NCBI GenBank assembly: GCA_963717505.1
Contig: OY970342.1
Span: 3,648,001-3,712,000, forward strand
Origin: Candidatus Eiseniibacteriota bacterium
GTDB lineage: Bacteria; Eisenbacteria; RBG-16-71-46
Length of the DNA stretch: 64,000 nucleotides
Direction of reading: 5' to 3'
A program made the position numbers and the translations under genes. The notes beneath the pieces were generated by a model that made no database searches, had not been told where the DNA came from, and saw nothing but the letters and a program-made list of their open reading frames with translations. Below are positions 39,575 through 49,134 of the stretch, one piece after another; the stretch's first letter is position 1; each line of letters opens with the position of its first letter.

Positions 39575-40080
39575 GCCACCGCGACCCTGCCGACCGCGCT
39601 GGCGACATCATCAGCCGCCATCGGCTGGATGAGCACGGGTGCGAGGCGAACCTCGATTGCCGTCGGTCGCGGCGGCGGCGATGCTCTTGACGAACTCGAA
39701 GAACTGCGTCGCGTGGACGATCGAGTAAGGGATTGATGAGCCCTTGATCAACTTCTCTTGAGCGATCTTTGCGCGGAAGTAGCCGCTTTCGGACAAGCGC
39801 TCGGTTCCAACGACCGACAAGGCAACGTGATGTCGCACGCCTGCTTCGGCTTCTGCGGCCAGCAGATTACGGGTCGACGTCTCGAAGAACGTCAGAACCG
39901 CCGCGTCTTCGAACGAGGGAGAGTTCGACACGTCGACGACCACCGAGGCGCCTTTCAGCGCGTCGGCCAAGCCCTCTCCCGTGATCGTGTTGACGCCCGA
40001 GTCGGGTGACGCCGCCACCGCGTCGTGGGCCTGCTCACGAAGCTTCGTGACAAGCTTCGATCCGATGAGTCCGGTGCCGT
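39575..40080 (-). pseudogene. NmrA/SDR-like NAD(P)-binding protein fragment
   Basis: Starts within the Gly motif (GTGLIGSKLV), has YFRAK and ATQFFEF, frameshift near 39655, truncated after DDVASAVGRVAV. Confidence 0.8.
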
Positions 40081-40358
40081 TCGATCTCGAAGCGCCTGGT
40101 ACCCGTGAAACCGCTGGTGAGCCCCAGGTCGTGAAGCAGCGTGCCGACGGCCACGACTTCCGGGTCGTGCGATATCCCCTGCAACTGTCCGAGCCTGACC
40201 GCGAAGAGCCAGGATCGGACGGCATGGTTGAAGAGAAACGGCTCGGAGTGGGTCCGGGCAAGGTCCAACGCCCGGCCGATCAGCGGCGTCTCGACCACCG
40301 TGATGCCACCCATGACTCGGGTAGTTCCGCCTGTGACGGTCTCGGCCGCTCGCGACAT
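40081..40358 (-). pseudogene. HD-domain protein N-terminal fragment
   Basis: FNHAVRSWLF, LLHDLGL, RFEIE, then runs into SDR sequence. Confidence 0.78.
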
Positions 40359-40360
40359 GG

Positions 40361-41209
40361 TCAGTTCCCCTTGATGAAGGCGAGTAGCTCAGCGTTGACC
40401 TGATCCTGATGGGTGGCCGTGAGGCCATGTGGCGCATTCGGATAGATCTTGACCCTCGCGTTCTTGATGAGTTTGGCGGACCTCTCCGCATGACCGACGG
40501 GAACGATCTGATCGTCGCCCGCGTGCATGATGAGGGTCGGGACATCGAACTTCTTGAGGTCCTCGGTGAAGTCGGTCTCCGAAAACGCCTTGATGCACTC
40601 GTAGGCGTTCTTCAGACCGGCCTGCATGCTCAAGGACCAGAAGTCATCGAGGATTCCCTGGGAGACCTTGGCGCCCTTGCGGTTGGTGCCGAAAAACGGC
40701 ACGGAAAAATCCCGCCAGAACTGCGAACGGTCACTCATGAGTCCGGCCCGCAGGTTGTCGAACAGGTCGATCGGAAGGCCTTCCGGATTGCCGAGAGTCT
40801 TGAGCATGAGCGGTGGTACAGCGGAGATGAGCACGGCCTTGGCGACTCGGTCCGTCCCGTGTCGGCCGATGTAGCGCGCGACCTCGCCGCCTCCGGTGGA
40901 GTGTCCCACCATCGTGATCTCTTTGAGATCGAGGGCTTCGATCACTGCCGCCAGATCGTCGGCGTAGGTATTCATCTCGTTGCCGGATGAGGCCTGCGTG
41001 GACCGGCCATGGCCCCGTCGGTCGTGCGCGACTGATCGGAAGCCGTTCTGCGCGAGGAAGAACATTTGGCCTTCCCACGCGTCGGCATTCAATGGCCAGC
41101 CGTGCGAGAACGTCACGGTCGGACCCTTGCCCCAGTCCTTGTAGTAGATCTGCGTGCCGTCCTTGGTCGTGACCGTGGCGCTGGTGTGTTCGGCTGCGAG
41201 CGTGCTCAT
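40361..41209 (-). CDS. cpo: Non-heme chloroperoxidase-like alpha/beta hydrolase
   Basis: [38 protein letters not shown]. Confidence 0.93.
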   Translation of the reverse strand: MSTLAAEHTSATVTTKDGTQIYYKDWGKGPTVTFSHGWPLNADAWEGQMFFLAQNGFRSVAHDRRGHGRSTQASSGNEMNTYADDLAAVIEALDLKEITMVGHSTGGGEVARYIGRHGTDRVAKAVLISAVPPLMLKTLGNPEGLPIDLFDNLRAGLMSDRSQFWRDFSVPFFGTNRKGAKVSQGILDDFWSLSMQAGLKNAYECIKAFSETDFTEDLKKFDVPTLIMHAGDDQIVPVGHAERSAKLIKNARVKIYPNAPHGLTATHQDQVNAELLAFIKGN

Positions 41210-41281
41210 GGCGCGTCCCTCCATAGAGTAGGTTGCACGAGCAAGAGGCACCTGCCTGCTCGGGTGTTGGGTCCGGCACAC

Positions 41282-41296
41282 GCACACGGCATGCCA
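41282..41296 (-). promoter_or_regulatory. Sigma54 -24/-12 promoter of the hydrolase operon
   Basis: Minus strand TGGCATGCCGTGTGC (GG-N10-GC), next to a sigma54 activator gene. Confidence 0.72.
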
Positions 41297-41372
41297 GCGA
41301 CGCTGGCCGCGAGTGCCACGTACCTGCGATCGGGTTTTCAGTGAATTGACGGGCCTGGCCGGGCGCACGCGG

Positions 41373-41429
41373 TCACGACGCGTCGTGAGGTCACGAACGG
41401 TCGTGAGCATGGCCAACGACCGTTCGTAG
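41373..41429. promoter_or_regulatory. Three tandem palindromic enhancer-like sites, core ACGA-N4-TCGT
   Basis: TCACGACGCGTCGTGA (41373-41388), TCACGAACGGTCGTGA (41391-41406), CAACGACCGTTCGTAG (41414-41429). Confidence 0.72.
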
Positions 41430-41445
41430 GCGACGAGAAGGAAAC

Positions 41446-43146
41446 CTAGCTGCGTCGCTCGATGCCGAAGCGCTTGAGCCGCGAGGCGAGGGTCGTCGGC
41501 TTGATACCAAGGATCTCGGCAGCTCCCCCCGAGCCTGAGACCTTCCAATGGGCTTTCTCCAGCGCGGCGATGATGTTGTCGCGTTCGTGACGAGCCAGAT
41601 CGGCTTGCGACAACACGTTGCTTCCAGCGGACTGCGCCTGAGCCCTCACGACGTCACCCGCAAGGTGCGGCTGCTTGCTGCGAGCCACCGGACCGCCGGT
41701 CCCGAGTACCAGGTCGACTCGTAGAGGGCCGCGCTGGGACAGTATGACGGCGCGCTCGATCACGTTGCGCAGCTCGCGAATGTTTCCCGGCCAGTCGTAG
41801 GCGGTGAGCTGTTGCAGGGCCTCATCCGTCAGCAGGACCTCGGGGCAGTTGAGGCGGCGTACCGCGAGGTCCAAGAAGTGCACCGCCAGCAGCCCGATGT
41901 CCTCCAAGCGGTTGCGCAGCGGCGGCAGCTCGATCGGAAACACCGACAGACGGTAGTACAGGTCGCGGCGGAACCGACCGGCTTCGCACTCTTCCTTGAG
42001 ATTGTGATTCGTGGCAGCGATCACGCGCACGTCGAGCTGTCGCACCTCGTCTTCTCCGACGCGCTCGACTTGCTGGTCCTGCAGCACGCGCAGCAACTTG
42101 CTCTGAAGCGCGAGGGGGATCTCGCCAACCTCGTCGAGGAAGATCGTCCCCCTGTCGGCCAGCTGGAACCGTCCGATCCGGTCGCGCACCGCCCCCGTGA
42201 AGGCTCCTCTCACATGTCCAAAGAACTCGCTCTCGAACAGCTCGCTGGGCACGGAGGCGCAGTTGACCGTGACCAGCGGCCGTCCCCGCCGCGCGCTGCG
42301 TTCATGGATCGCCCGGGCAGCCAGCTCCTTGCCGGTCCCCGATTCCCCGGTGATCAAGACCGCGGCGTCGGTTCGTGCCACCATGTCGACTTGCTGGAGC
42401 ACCTCGAGGAGCGCCGGACTCGTTCCGACGATTTCCCCGAACGCCAACCTTTCCTTCACTTGCTCGTTGAGGTACGCGTTCTCCAGTTCAAGCTGCCTTC
42501 GAAGCCGGGCCACTTCCTCTTCCGCGCGCTTTCGCTCCGTGATGTCCCGGATGAACCCGGTGAAGATCGGCGGTCCGGCGAGCGCAACGCGGCTAATCGC
42601 CAGCTCGATCGGGAACTCGCTGCCGTCTGCACGCCGCGCGATCATCTCCGTGCGGCGGCCGAGAAGCTGGGATTCTCCCGCCTCAACAATTCGCGTCAGC
42701 CCGTGGCTGCGACTATCGCGCATCGATTCGGGGACAATCGTCTCAGCGAGCAGCTTGCCGATCACCTCGGCACGCCGATATCCGAATGTCTTCTCGGCGG
42801 CCTGATTGAACTCGAGGATCCGCCCCTCATGGTCGGCGGTGACGATGCCGTCGAGCGAGGTCTCCAGGATGGCGCTGCTGCGAGCTCCGCTTTCGCGAAG
42901 CGCCTCATGCGCTCGCTCGAGCTCCTCGAATGCGCGCGCGTTCGAGATCGCGACCGCCGCCTGGTTGGCGAACGTCCCGAGCCAGGAGAAGGCTCGCTCA
43001 TCCAGGGGTTCGCGGGTAAGCGTCGCCAACACACCCAGCACCCGGTCGCGAGAGATGAAGGGATGCGCGGCGATACTGCGGATGCCCTCGCGATGGACCG
43101 GACGAGCGTCCAGCGCGTGGTTCGCATGTGGTTCAACGGCGCGCCG
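41446..43146 (-). CDS. Sigma54-dependent activator (partial GAF, PAS, AAA+, HTH); N-terminus apparently truncated
   Basis: [32 protein letters not shown]; frame open up to the kinase TAG, with only GTG/TTG starts inside the GAF remnant. Confidence 0.85.
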   Translation of the reverse strand, partial: RRAVEPHANHALDARPVHREGIRSIAAHPFISRDRVLGVLATLTREPLDERAFSWLGTFANQAAVAISNARAFEELERAHEALRESGARSSAILETSLDGIVTADHEGRILEFNQAAEKTFGYRRAEVIGKLLAETIVPESMRDSRSHGLTRIVEAGESQLLGRRTEMIARRADGSEFPIELAISRVALAGPPIFTGFIRDITERKRAEEEVARLRRQLELENAYLNEQVKERLAFGEIVGTSPALLEVLQQVDMVARTDAAVLITGESGTGKELAARAIHERSARRGRPLVTVNCASVPSELFESEFFGHVRGAFTGAVRDRIGRFQLADRGTIFLDEVGEIPLALQSKLLRVLQDQQVERVGEDEVRQLDVRVIAATNHNLKEECEAGRFRRDLYYRLSVFPIELPPLRNRLEDIGLLAVHFLDLAVRRLNCPEVLLTDEALQQLTAYDWPGNIRELRNVIERAVILSQRGPLRVDLVLGTGGPVARSKQPHLAGDVVRAQAQSAGSNVLSQADLARHERDNIIAALEKAHWKVSGSGGAAEILGIKPTTLASRLKRFGIERRS

Positions 43147-44742
43147 CTATTCTCCGGCCTGCGCGGGGCCGTGCAATGACCACCAGCTCCTGGCGCGCTC
43201 CTGGGTCCACGAGTTGGGGTCCACGACCGCAGCCAGACGGCTGGACAGCTCGCGCGCGGATTGGGGACGGAGGCCTGGGTCCTTCTCGAGGCACGAGAGC
43301 ACGAGGCGGTCGAGCCCCTCAGGAATCGGCATCTCGGTTCGCGACGAGGGCGGGCTCGGCGGCGTATTCGCGTGGTGGACCAGAAGCGCCGTCGGACTCG
43401 GGGTGTCGAACACCAGGTGCCCGGTGAGCAACCAGTAGGCAACGCACCCGGTCGCGTAGATGTCCACGCGGCCGTCGAGATCGACCCGGCCCAGCGCCTG
43501 TTCCGGCGCGATGAATGCCGGCGTGCCCTGAATGACGTTCTGCCCCGTCAGCCCGGTGTGGCCGTCCGAGGCCTCGGACAGCGCCTTGACCAGCCCGAAG
43601 TCGAGGACTTTCACGAAGTCGTAGTCTTCGCCGTAGCGGCAGATGAAGATGTTCGCGGGCTTGATGTCCCGATGGACGAGACGGCGCGACTCCGCCTCGG
43701 AGAGCGAATGGCACACCTGGCGGAGCAGGTAGACGACTCGCTCGGCGGGCATCGGTCCGAACCGAGTCACCATCGTGGAGGCGTCCAGGCCGTCGAGCAG
43801 CTCCATGACGTAGTAGAACGCACCATCCTCCGCGACGCCGAAATCGAACAGATTCACAGTATGGGGTGAGCGCAGGCTGGCGGTGGCCTGGGCCTCACGC
43901 TTGAACCGACGGACCCTCTCCTCCGACACCCCGACCCGCACGTCGACATCGACCGGGCTGCGGATCAGCTTGATCGCTGCGGGGCGGGCGAGCATGCGGT
44001 GCCTGGCCCGCCACACTTCGCCCATGCCTCCCTGACCCAGCTTCTCCTCGAGCCGGTAGCTTCCCAGTTCGCGGGCGGCGGCCAGCTGGCGTCGCAGGCC
44101 GTAGATGACCCGGGCGCCAAAGTAGGCGCACGCGACAGCGATGGCGGGACTGACCGTCGCCTGCAGGTAGTTGTTCGGCTGCGTCTCCACCTTGCCGAGG
44201 AGGTCGAGCAACAGGAGGGCGAACGGAGACATGGCCGCCGCGGCGACCGCGCCCGCCGCCATCCGACGAGGCGCGCCCGGGAGAATCAGCGGGAACAGAA
44301 TGACGACCCCAGGGACCCAGGTCAGGTTCGGGAGGTCCCCCGTCGTCGCGTATTCCTCCCAGTACGAGGTCAGCGCGATCGTGAAGCAGATGACGATCTC
44401 GTAGGCCAGGCCCAGAGACACGAGGCGATCGGTCGAGACCCGGGGACTCCGCGCGGCCCACCGCAGGGCCGCCGAGACCGCGATCGTGCCAAGGGAGACC
44501 CATTGAAAACCGAGTCGTTGGGTGAACTCCGGCGGCGGCTGCGTGCCGGAGAAGACGGCCCCTGCCCAGCTGACGAAGTAGAAGATCGGATCGATCACCG
44601 TCCCGATCATGATGAACATGGCGAGGAGGCGCAGACGGCCGCGGACCTGCTCGAGGAGATCCGGTGGCAACGATGAATTCGACCCCTGCTGAGCCTCGGG
44701 AGAACTTGGGTCGGGTACCAGCAGCGTCGTGTGCTCGGTCAC
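43147..44742 (-). CDS. Membrane-bound Ser/Thr kinase with N-terminal TM bundle
   Basis: [30 protein letters not shown]. Confidence 0.92.
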   Translation of the reverse strand: MTEHTTLLVPDPSSPEAQQGSNSSLPPDLLEQVRGRLRLLAMFIMIGTVIDPIFYFVSWAGAVFSGTQPPPEFTQRLGFQWVSLGTIAVSAALRWAARSPRVSTDRLVSLGLAYEIVICFTIALTSYWEEYATTGDLPNLTWVPGVVILFPLILPGAPRRMAAGAVAAAAMSPFALLLLDLLGKVETQPNNYLQATVSPAIAVACAYFGARVIYGLRRQLAAARELGSYRLEEKLGQGGMGEVWRARHRMLARPAAIKLIRSPVDVDVRVGVSEERVRRFKREAQATASLRSPHTVNLFDFGVAEDGAFYYVMELLDGLDASTMVTRFGPMPAERVVYLLRQVCHSLSEAESRRLVHRDIKPANIFICRYGEDYDFVKVLDFGLVKALSEASDGHTGLTGQNVIQGTPAFIAPEQALGRVDLDGRVDIYATGCVAYWLLTGHLVFDTPSPTALLVHHANTPPSPPSSRTEMPIPEGLDRLVLSCLEKDPGLRPQSARELSSRLAAVVDPNSWTQERARSWWSLHGPAQAGE

Positions 44743-44841
44743 GCGGTCACTGTACTGCAGGGAGCATCCCTCAGCCCCGCGGCAATCTGGCTCCCGAGGA
44801 CCTCTACGGTGCGCGGGCCTTTCTGTGTTCGGGGTGTCGGA

Positions 44842-45249
44842 CTACCGGGGCCGGCGCCAGGACAGGCTCCACAGTCCTTGCACCGCGAGGATGACGGAGA
44901 AGAGCGCGGTCACGCCGAGCGCGATGATCGTCCAGATGAAGAAGAAACCTCCATCGGACTTGGCGATTTCGCCGCCGAGACCCGTTCCCCGCATGTGGAG
45001 GATGGGGACGGCCAACGAAAGTAGCGACCCGAGCAGGGTGATGACGTACCCCGATCGCCGTCCGGCGAGCACCAGCGCTCCGTACATCCAGACGGCAAAG
45101 ATGGGCACGGCCGGGAGGTTCGAGATGTTTCCCTTTTCGATCCCGCGGACGATGTCGCCCGCCACGTGCAGCGTGAAGAACAGGATCGAGAGCAGAGATG
45201 TGGTGGTCAGCATCACATTGTGTTTCATCTGACGTTCTTCGTGGCTCAT
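44842..45249 (-). CDS. Small four-TM membrane protein
   Basis: Hydrophobic ORF coupled (ATGA) to the upstream gene; alternative start at 45228. Confidence 0.72.
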   Translation of the reverse strand: MSHEERQMKHNVMLTTTSLLSILFFTLHVAGDIVRGIEKGNISNLPAVPIFAVWMYGALVLAGRRSGYVITLLGSLLSLAVPILHMRGTGLGGEIAKSDGGFFFIWTIIALGVTALFSVILAVQGLWSLSWRRPR

Positions 45250-46139
45250 GACCGGGCCTCCGCCGTTGCGATCACCGGCGCTCCCGACGACCGCTCTTCG
45301 TGACGCCAGCGCAGCACGAGTCCGATGACGACGACCAAGCCCGCCAGCTTGAGGATGGCGTACTGGACCGCGTCGATTCGGTTGCCAAACAGCAACACGA
45401 GACCCGCGACTCCCATTGCGAACAACGCCAGGACCAGCAGTGCGGAGATTCGGTCCACGGCGTATCCGCGGATGCCCCAGATCAGCAGGTAGAAGGTGAA
45501 GAACGGCACCTCGCCCACTCCCAGGACCTGTCCGTTCTGCGTGATCCATCGCAGCGTCGGCGGCAGGAGAAGCGTGCCGAGCGAATGGACCACGTAACCG
45601 GAGCCGGCAGCGAACAGCGGCCATGCCAGCCAGCGTGGGAAGAATCCCGACCGCATGATGAGGATGCCGATCGGAAACAGCCACAGGCCCCAGAAGATCT
45701 GGTTCACGATGAGGCTGTAGTTGTGGAGCTGCAGGAACAACGTCACCAGGGCCGCCACTTGTCCGGAATCGAGGACCGCCGCGACCGCGGTGTTCTTGAC
45801 CAGAAAGAGGGGCGCGATGTGGTTCAGCGTGTTGACGTACGAGATCGGCACCGACACCAGCATCATCGCGGCCATGAGTGTCGCCATTTTCTGATCGACA
45901 CGCTTGAACAATTCGTACAGCGCCAGGGCCGCGAACAGGAGAATGGTCACCCCCTGCAGTTCGGCGCCGATGGCCGCGCGCAGCAGGCCCTCCGAGGCGC
46001 GCACGCGATCCGCGGTCGCCAGGGCATCTCCCGGGACGATGAGGCGGTCGGGCACATAGAGGTAGGCGAAGGGTGCAGTCGAGCTGGCGAGCACATACAG
46101 CAGCCCCGCCCATCGGGCCTGGCTCCTGGTCGAATTCAT
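45246..46139 (-). CDS. DUF4386-like membrane protein
   Basis: ARWAGLLY, IFWGLWLFPIGILIMRSGFFPRWL. Confidence 0.82.
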   Translation of the reverse strand: MNSTRSQARWAGLLYVLASSTAPFAYLYVPDRLIVPGDALATADRVRASEGLLRAAIGAELQGVTILLFAALALYELFKRVDQKMATLMAAMMLVSVPISYVNTLNHIAPLFLVKNTAVAAVLDSGQVAALVTLFLQLHNYSLIVNQIFWGLWLFPIGILIMRSGFFPRWLAWPLFAAGSGYVVHSLGTLLLPPTLRWITQNGQVLGVGEVPFFTFYLLIWGIRGYAVDRISALLVLALFAMGVAGLVLLFGNRIDAVQYAILKLAGLVVVIGLVLRWRHEERSSGAPVIATAEARS

Positions 46140-46182
46140 GGACGAACCTCCGGCAGAGATGGGGTCGTGAGACGTCATTGAA

Positions 46183-47049
46183 TCAGGTCAGTTCGCGATC
46201 GCGTCGCAATCGGATCGCGATGAGCAGGAATGCTGCGGTCAGGCCAAGTCCAATCCAGACGCCGGGCTGTCCCCAGACCGCGGCCGGGTCGAGCAGGGCA
46301 ATGCGATCGATGACGGGAACGTCACGCGTGGGGTGCACTGCGAAGGCTCGCGCGAACGGACCCGTGAACAGATACTCGATCACGTCACGGGTCAGCGGGT
46401 GGCGGCCGAACACCATCTGCTCCGCCGCTCCGAGCCCGATCAACGGCAGGAAGGCCCAGAGCGCCCCACGCCGCCGCGCCCAGGCCGAAACCATGAGCAG
46501 CCACGCGTAGAACGGCGCCTGTACGGCCGTCATCATGGCGACGCCGTAGAAGAGCACGATGGGCATCTCGAGCAGCGGCAACTCACGCCACAACACCGCC
46601 GGGTCTCTTCCAGTCGCGATCAGGGAGAGCGTGCTTCCCACCAGCATGATCCCCTGCACTGCGAGGCTGACGGTGAAGACGAGGAGCGGGAGGACCACGA
46701 GAGGGATGCACGCCTTGGCCAGGACGGTCGTGGCGTCCGAGACGGGAAGTGACTTCCAGAACAGGATGCTGCGATCGCTACGCTCGCCCTGGAGCGCGTC
46801 GAGGCAGTAGAAGACGCCCGCCAGCAAAGCCCCCAGCGCGACCATGGCCGCGGCGAAACCGTACGGACGGGCGATGGCGTCGTGCCGGGCTTCCGCGGCC
46901 AGCGCCAGCAGGCCCGCAACCCGTTCCGGCGCGGCGATCGTGCCGACCACGAAGCTCGCAACCAGCACGAACCCCGCCGCGAGGGGACCGATCCAGATCG
47001 AGTGGTTCTGCCACAACTCGCGTCGCACCGACCATTGCAGCGGCTTCAT
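46183..47049 (-). CDS. ABC-2 type transporter permease
   Basis: RRELW, ERSDRSILFWKSLPVSDATTVLAK. Confidence 0.88.
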   Translation of the reverse strand: MKPLQWSVRRELWQNHSIWIGPLAAGFVLVASFVVGTIAAPERVAGLLALAAEARHDAIARPYGFAAAMVALGALLAGVFYCLDALQGERSDRSILFWKSLPVSDATTVLAKACIPLVVLPLLVFTVSLAVQGIMLVGSTLSLIATGRDPAVLWRELPLLEMPIVLFYGVAMMTAVQAPFYAWLLMVSAWARRRGALWAFLPLIGLGAAEQMVFGRHPLTRDVIEYLFTGPFARAFAVHPTRDVPVIDRIALLDPAAVWGQPGVWIGLGLTAAFLLIAIRLRRDRELT

Positions 47050-47921
47050 GCGCGGGATCCTCTTTCCATCACCGCGATGAACAGGTCGCCCAGGGTGGGC
47101 CTGCGCACGTCGCCGAGCATTTCGAGTCGCTCGCGGTCGGCGCCGTCGAACAGCAGAATGCTTCCGCCGAGAACTTCGCGCTCGTGCATTGGCCGCAGCG
47201 CGCGGGCCTCGTCGAGCCGTCCCGGATGGACTCTGAGCTGTGCATAGCGGGACTCGAACGCCTCCATGGTGCCCGCGAGCACGATCCGTCCGGCGTTCAG
47301 GAACGCGAAATCGGTGAGGACATCCTGGATCTCGTCGATCTGATGCGTGGTCACCACAATGGTTCGGGTGCGATCGAAGTAGTCGTGGAGCAGGGCATCG
47401 TAGAACTGCTTGCGGGCCAGCGGATCGAGGCCGAGCGTCGGCTCGTCGAGCACCAACAGCCGCGCGTCGATGGCCATGACGACCGCGAGATGGAGCTGCG
47501 TCACGGTGCCCTTGGAGAGCTTCCGGACCTGATCGGAGTTCCGGATCCCGCCCCTCGCCAGGAACCCCTCGGCCTTGGCGCGGTCGAAGCGCGGATGCAC
47601 GCCGGCGACGTAGTCGAGCAGCTGGCCCACGCGGATCCAGCGCGGGAGCACGGCGACGTCGGCGATGAACGAGACGTCGCGCATGAGCCGGTGTCGTTCG
47701 CTACGCGGATCCTTGCCGAGGACCCGAACCGAGCCCTGGTACGCGACCAGGCCGAGCAGGGCATGGAGTGCGGTGCTCTTGCCCGCGCCATTGGGACCCA
47801 CCAGCCCCAGGATGTGTCCTTCTTCGACGACGAGATCGATACCGTCCAGAGCGACGACGGAGCCATAGGTCTTGCGAAGTCCCTTCACCTCGACGCACGG
47901 CATGGAATTGGCGCTCCTCAT
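47046..47921 (-). CDS. ABC transporter ATP-binding protein
   Basis: GPNGAGKS, LSKG, LVLDEPTLGLD, TTH. Confidence 0.93.
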   Translation of the reverse strand: MRSANSMPCVEVKGLRKTYGSVVALDGIDLVVEEGHILGLVGPNGAGKSTALHALLGLVAYQGSVRVLGKDPRSERHRLMRDVSFIADVAVLPRWIRVGQLLDYVAGVHPRFDRAKAEGFLARGGIRNSDQVRKLSKGTVTQLHLAVVMAIDARLLVLDEPTLGLDPLARKQFYDALLHDYFDRTRTIVVTTHQIDEIQDVLTDFAFLNAGRIVLAGTMEAFESRYAQLRVHPGRLDEARALRPMHEREVLGGSILLFDGADRERLEMLGDVRRPTLGDLFIAVMERGSRA

Positions 47922-48298
47922 GGGGTCTCTTTCGAGCGGCGCACCGGACGAGGCGGGTGGAGCAGATCTTCCGGGCTCAGGCCGAGGCGCTGAATCGTGG
48001 CACGCACCTTGGGCCACTCTTCCTTCATGAACTTCTCGCGCTCGGCCCGAAGCAGCCGTTCGCGCGCGCCAACATGGATGAACATCCCCCGCCCGCGCTT
48101 GACCTCCACTAGCTCCTCGTCGACGAGCTGCTGATACCCCTTGAGGACGGTGATCGGGTTGATCCGCAATTCGGCAGCGATCGAGCGCACCGACGGCAGC
48201 GGGGCGCCCTCTTTGAGGACGCCTTCGATAATCATCACGACGATCCGGGCGTGGAGCTGCCGGTAGATGGGTTGACTGTCGTTCCAATCACGATCCAT
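47918..48298 (-). CDS. GntR family regulator, YtrA subfamily
   Basis: PIYRQL, LPSVRSIA, INPITVLKGYQQL, RGRGMF; heads an ABC-2 operon. Confidence 0.92.
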   Translation of the reverse strand: MDRDWNDSQPIYRQLHARIVVMIIEGVLKEGAPLPSVRSIAAELRINPITVLKGYQQLVDEELVEVKRGRGMFIHVGARERLLRAEREKFMKEEWPKVRATIQRLGLSPEDLLHPPRPVRRSKETP

Positions 48299-48350
48299 GC
48301 GGTCAGCCGCGGTCTCCGGGGGTCTATGGTCGCGGGCGTGCTGCGATCTA

Positions 48351-48380
48351 GTGTTGTAGCTAACCATAACGCCAGCACAC
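48351..48380. promoter_or_regulatory. Probable YtrA-type operator
   Basis: AT-rich imperfect palindrome GTGTTGTAGCTAACCATAACGC plus CAGCACAC about 55 bp upstream of the GntR start. Confidence 0.6.
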
Positions 48381-48411
48381 TTGCAAAGGGACGCGTATGC
48401 CGCGCACTTTC

Positions 48412-48451
48412 GGTTCACCCCGAGTGTGGGTCCGACTCCCACCTCCGGCAC
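48412..48451 (+). repeat. Degenerate att-like duplicate of the tRNA-Leu 3' part
   Basis: 37 of 40 identical to 38562-38601. Confidence 0.88.
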
Positions 48452-48469
48452 TGAAAAGGAGACAACGCG

Positions 48470-49120
48470 ATGAAGGTCGGAATCTTGGGAACGGGTGAAG
48501 TGGGTCAGGCTCTCGGCAGGGCGTTCGTCACCCACGGCGATGAGGTGAAGTTGGGGGCTCGTGATGCCGGGAACGAGAAGGCACTCGCCTGGGCGAAACA
48601 GACTGGATCCAAGGCCTCGACCGGCACATTTGCCGAGGCGACCGCGTTCGGCGACATCGTGGTGCTCGCGACACTCGGCGTGGCCAACGACAGCGCGATC
48701 ACTCGGGCCGGCCGCGACCGGTTCCGCGGCAAGGTCGTGATCGACACCACCAACCCTCTCGATTTCTCGAAGGGCGTTCCGCCGACCCTCGCCGTCTCGG
48801 GCAACGACTCCGCCGGCGAGCAGGTGCAGAGGCTGCTGCCCGATGCTCGGGTGGTGAAAGCGTTCAACACGGTCGGCAACGCGCACATGTTCCGTCCCGC
48901 GTTTCCGGGCGGGCCGCCCGACATGTTCATTTGCGGCAATGACGCCGGCGCGAAACAACAGGTCACCGGAATCCTGAAGGACTTCGGTTGGGGCGTCATC
49001 GACGTGGGTGGAATCGAAAGCTCTCGCTACCTCGAAGCCATGTGCCTGGTCTGGGTCCTTGCCGCGTTCTCCACGACCCCGCCTTCCTGGAACCACGCCT
49101 TCAAGATGCTCAGGAAGTGA
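48470..49120 (+). CDS. NADPH-dependent F420 reductase-like dinucleotide-binding oxidoreductase
   Basis: GILGTGEVG, IDTTNP, VVKAFNTVG. Confidence 0.88.
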   Translation: MKVGILGTGEVGQALGRAFVTHGDEVKLGARDAGNEKALAWAKQTGSKASTGTFAEATAFGDIVVLATLGVANDSAITRAGRDRFRGKVVIDTTNPLDFSKGVPPTLAVSGNDSAGEQVQRLLPDARVVKAFNTVGNAHMFRPAFPGGPPDMFICGNDAGAKQQVTGILKDFGWGVIDVGGIESSRYLEAMCLVWVLAAFSTTPPSWNHAFKMLRK

Positions 49121-49134
49121 GCGGGCCCGCCGCG

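Larger units (their letters stand above)
38562..48451. mobile_element. Decayed genomic island at tRNA-Leu (about 9.8 kb), no integrase
   Basis: tRNA 3' part repeated at 48412-48451; gene fragments inside. Confidence 0.7.

Noticed and set aside
43147-43149. Pyrrolysine or amber recoding
   Set aside because: No pyl genes or suppressor tRNA in the window, and many other genes end normally at TAG.
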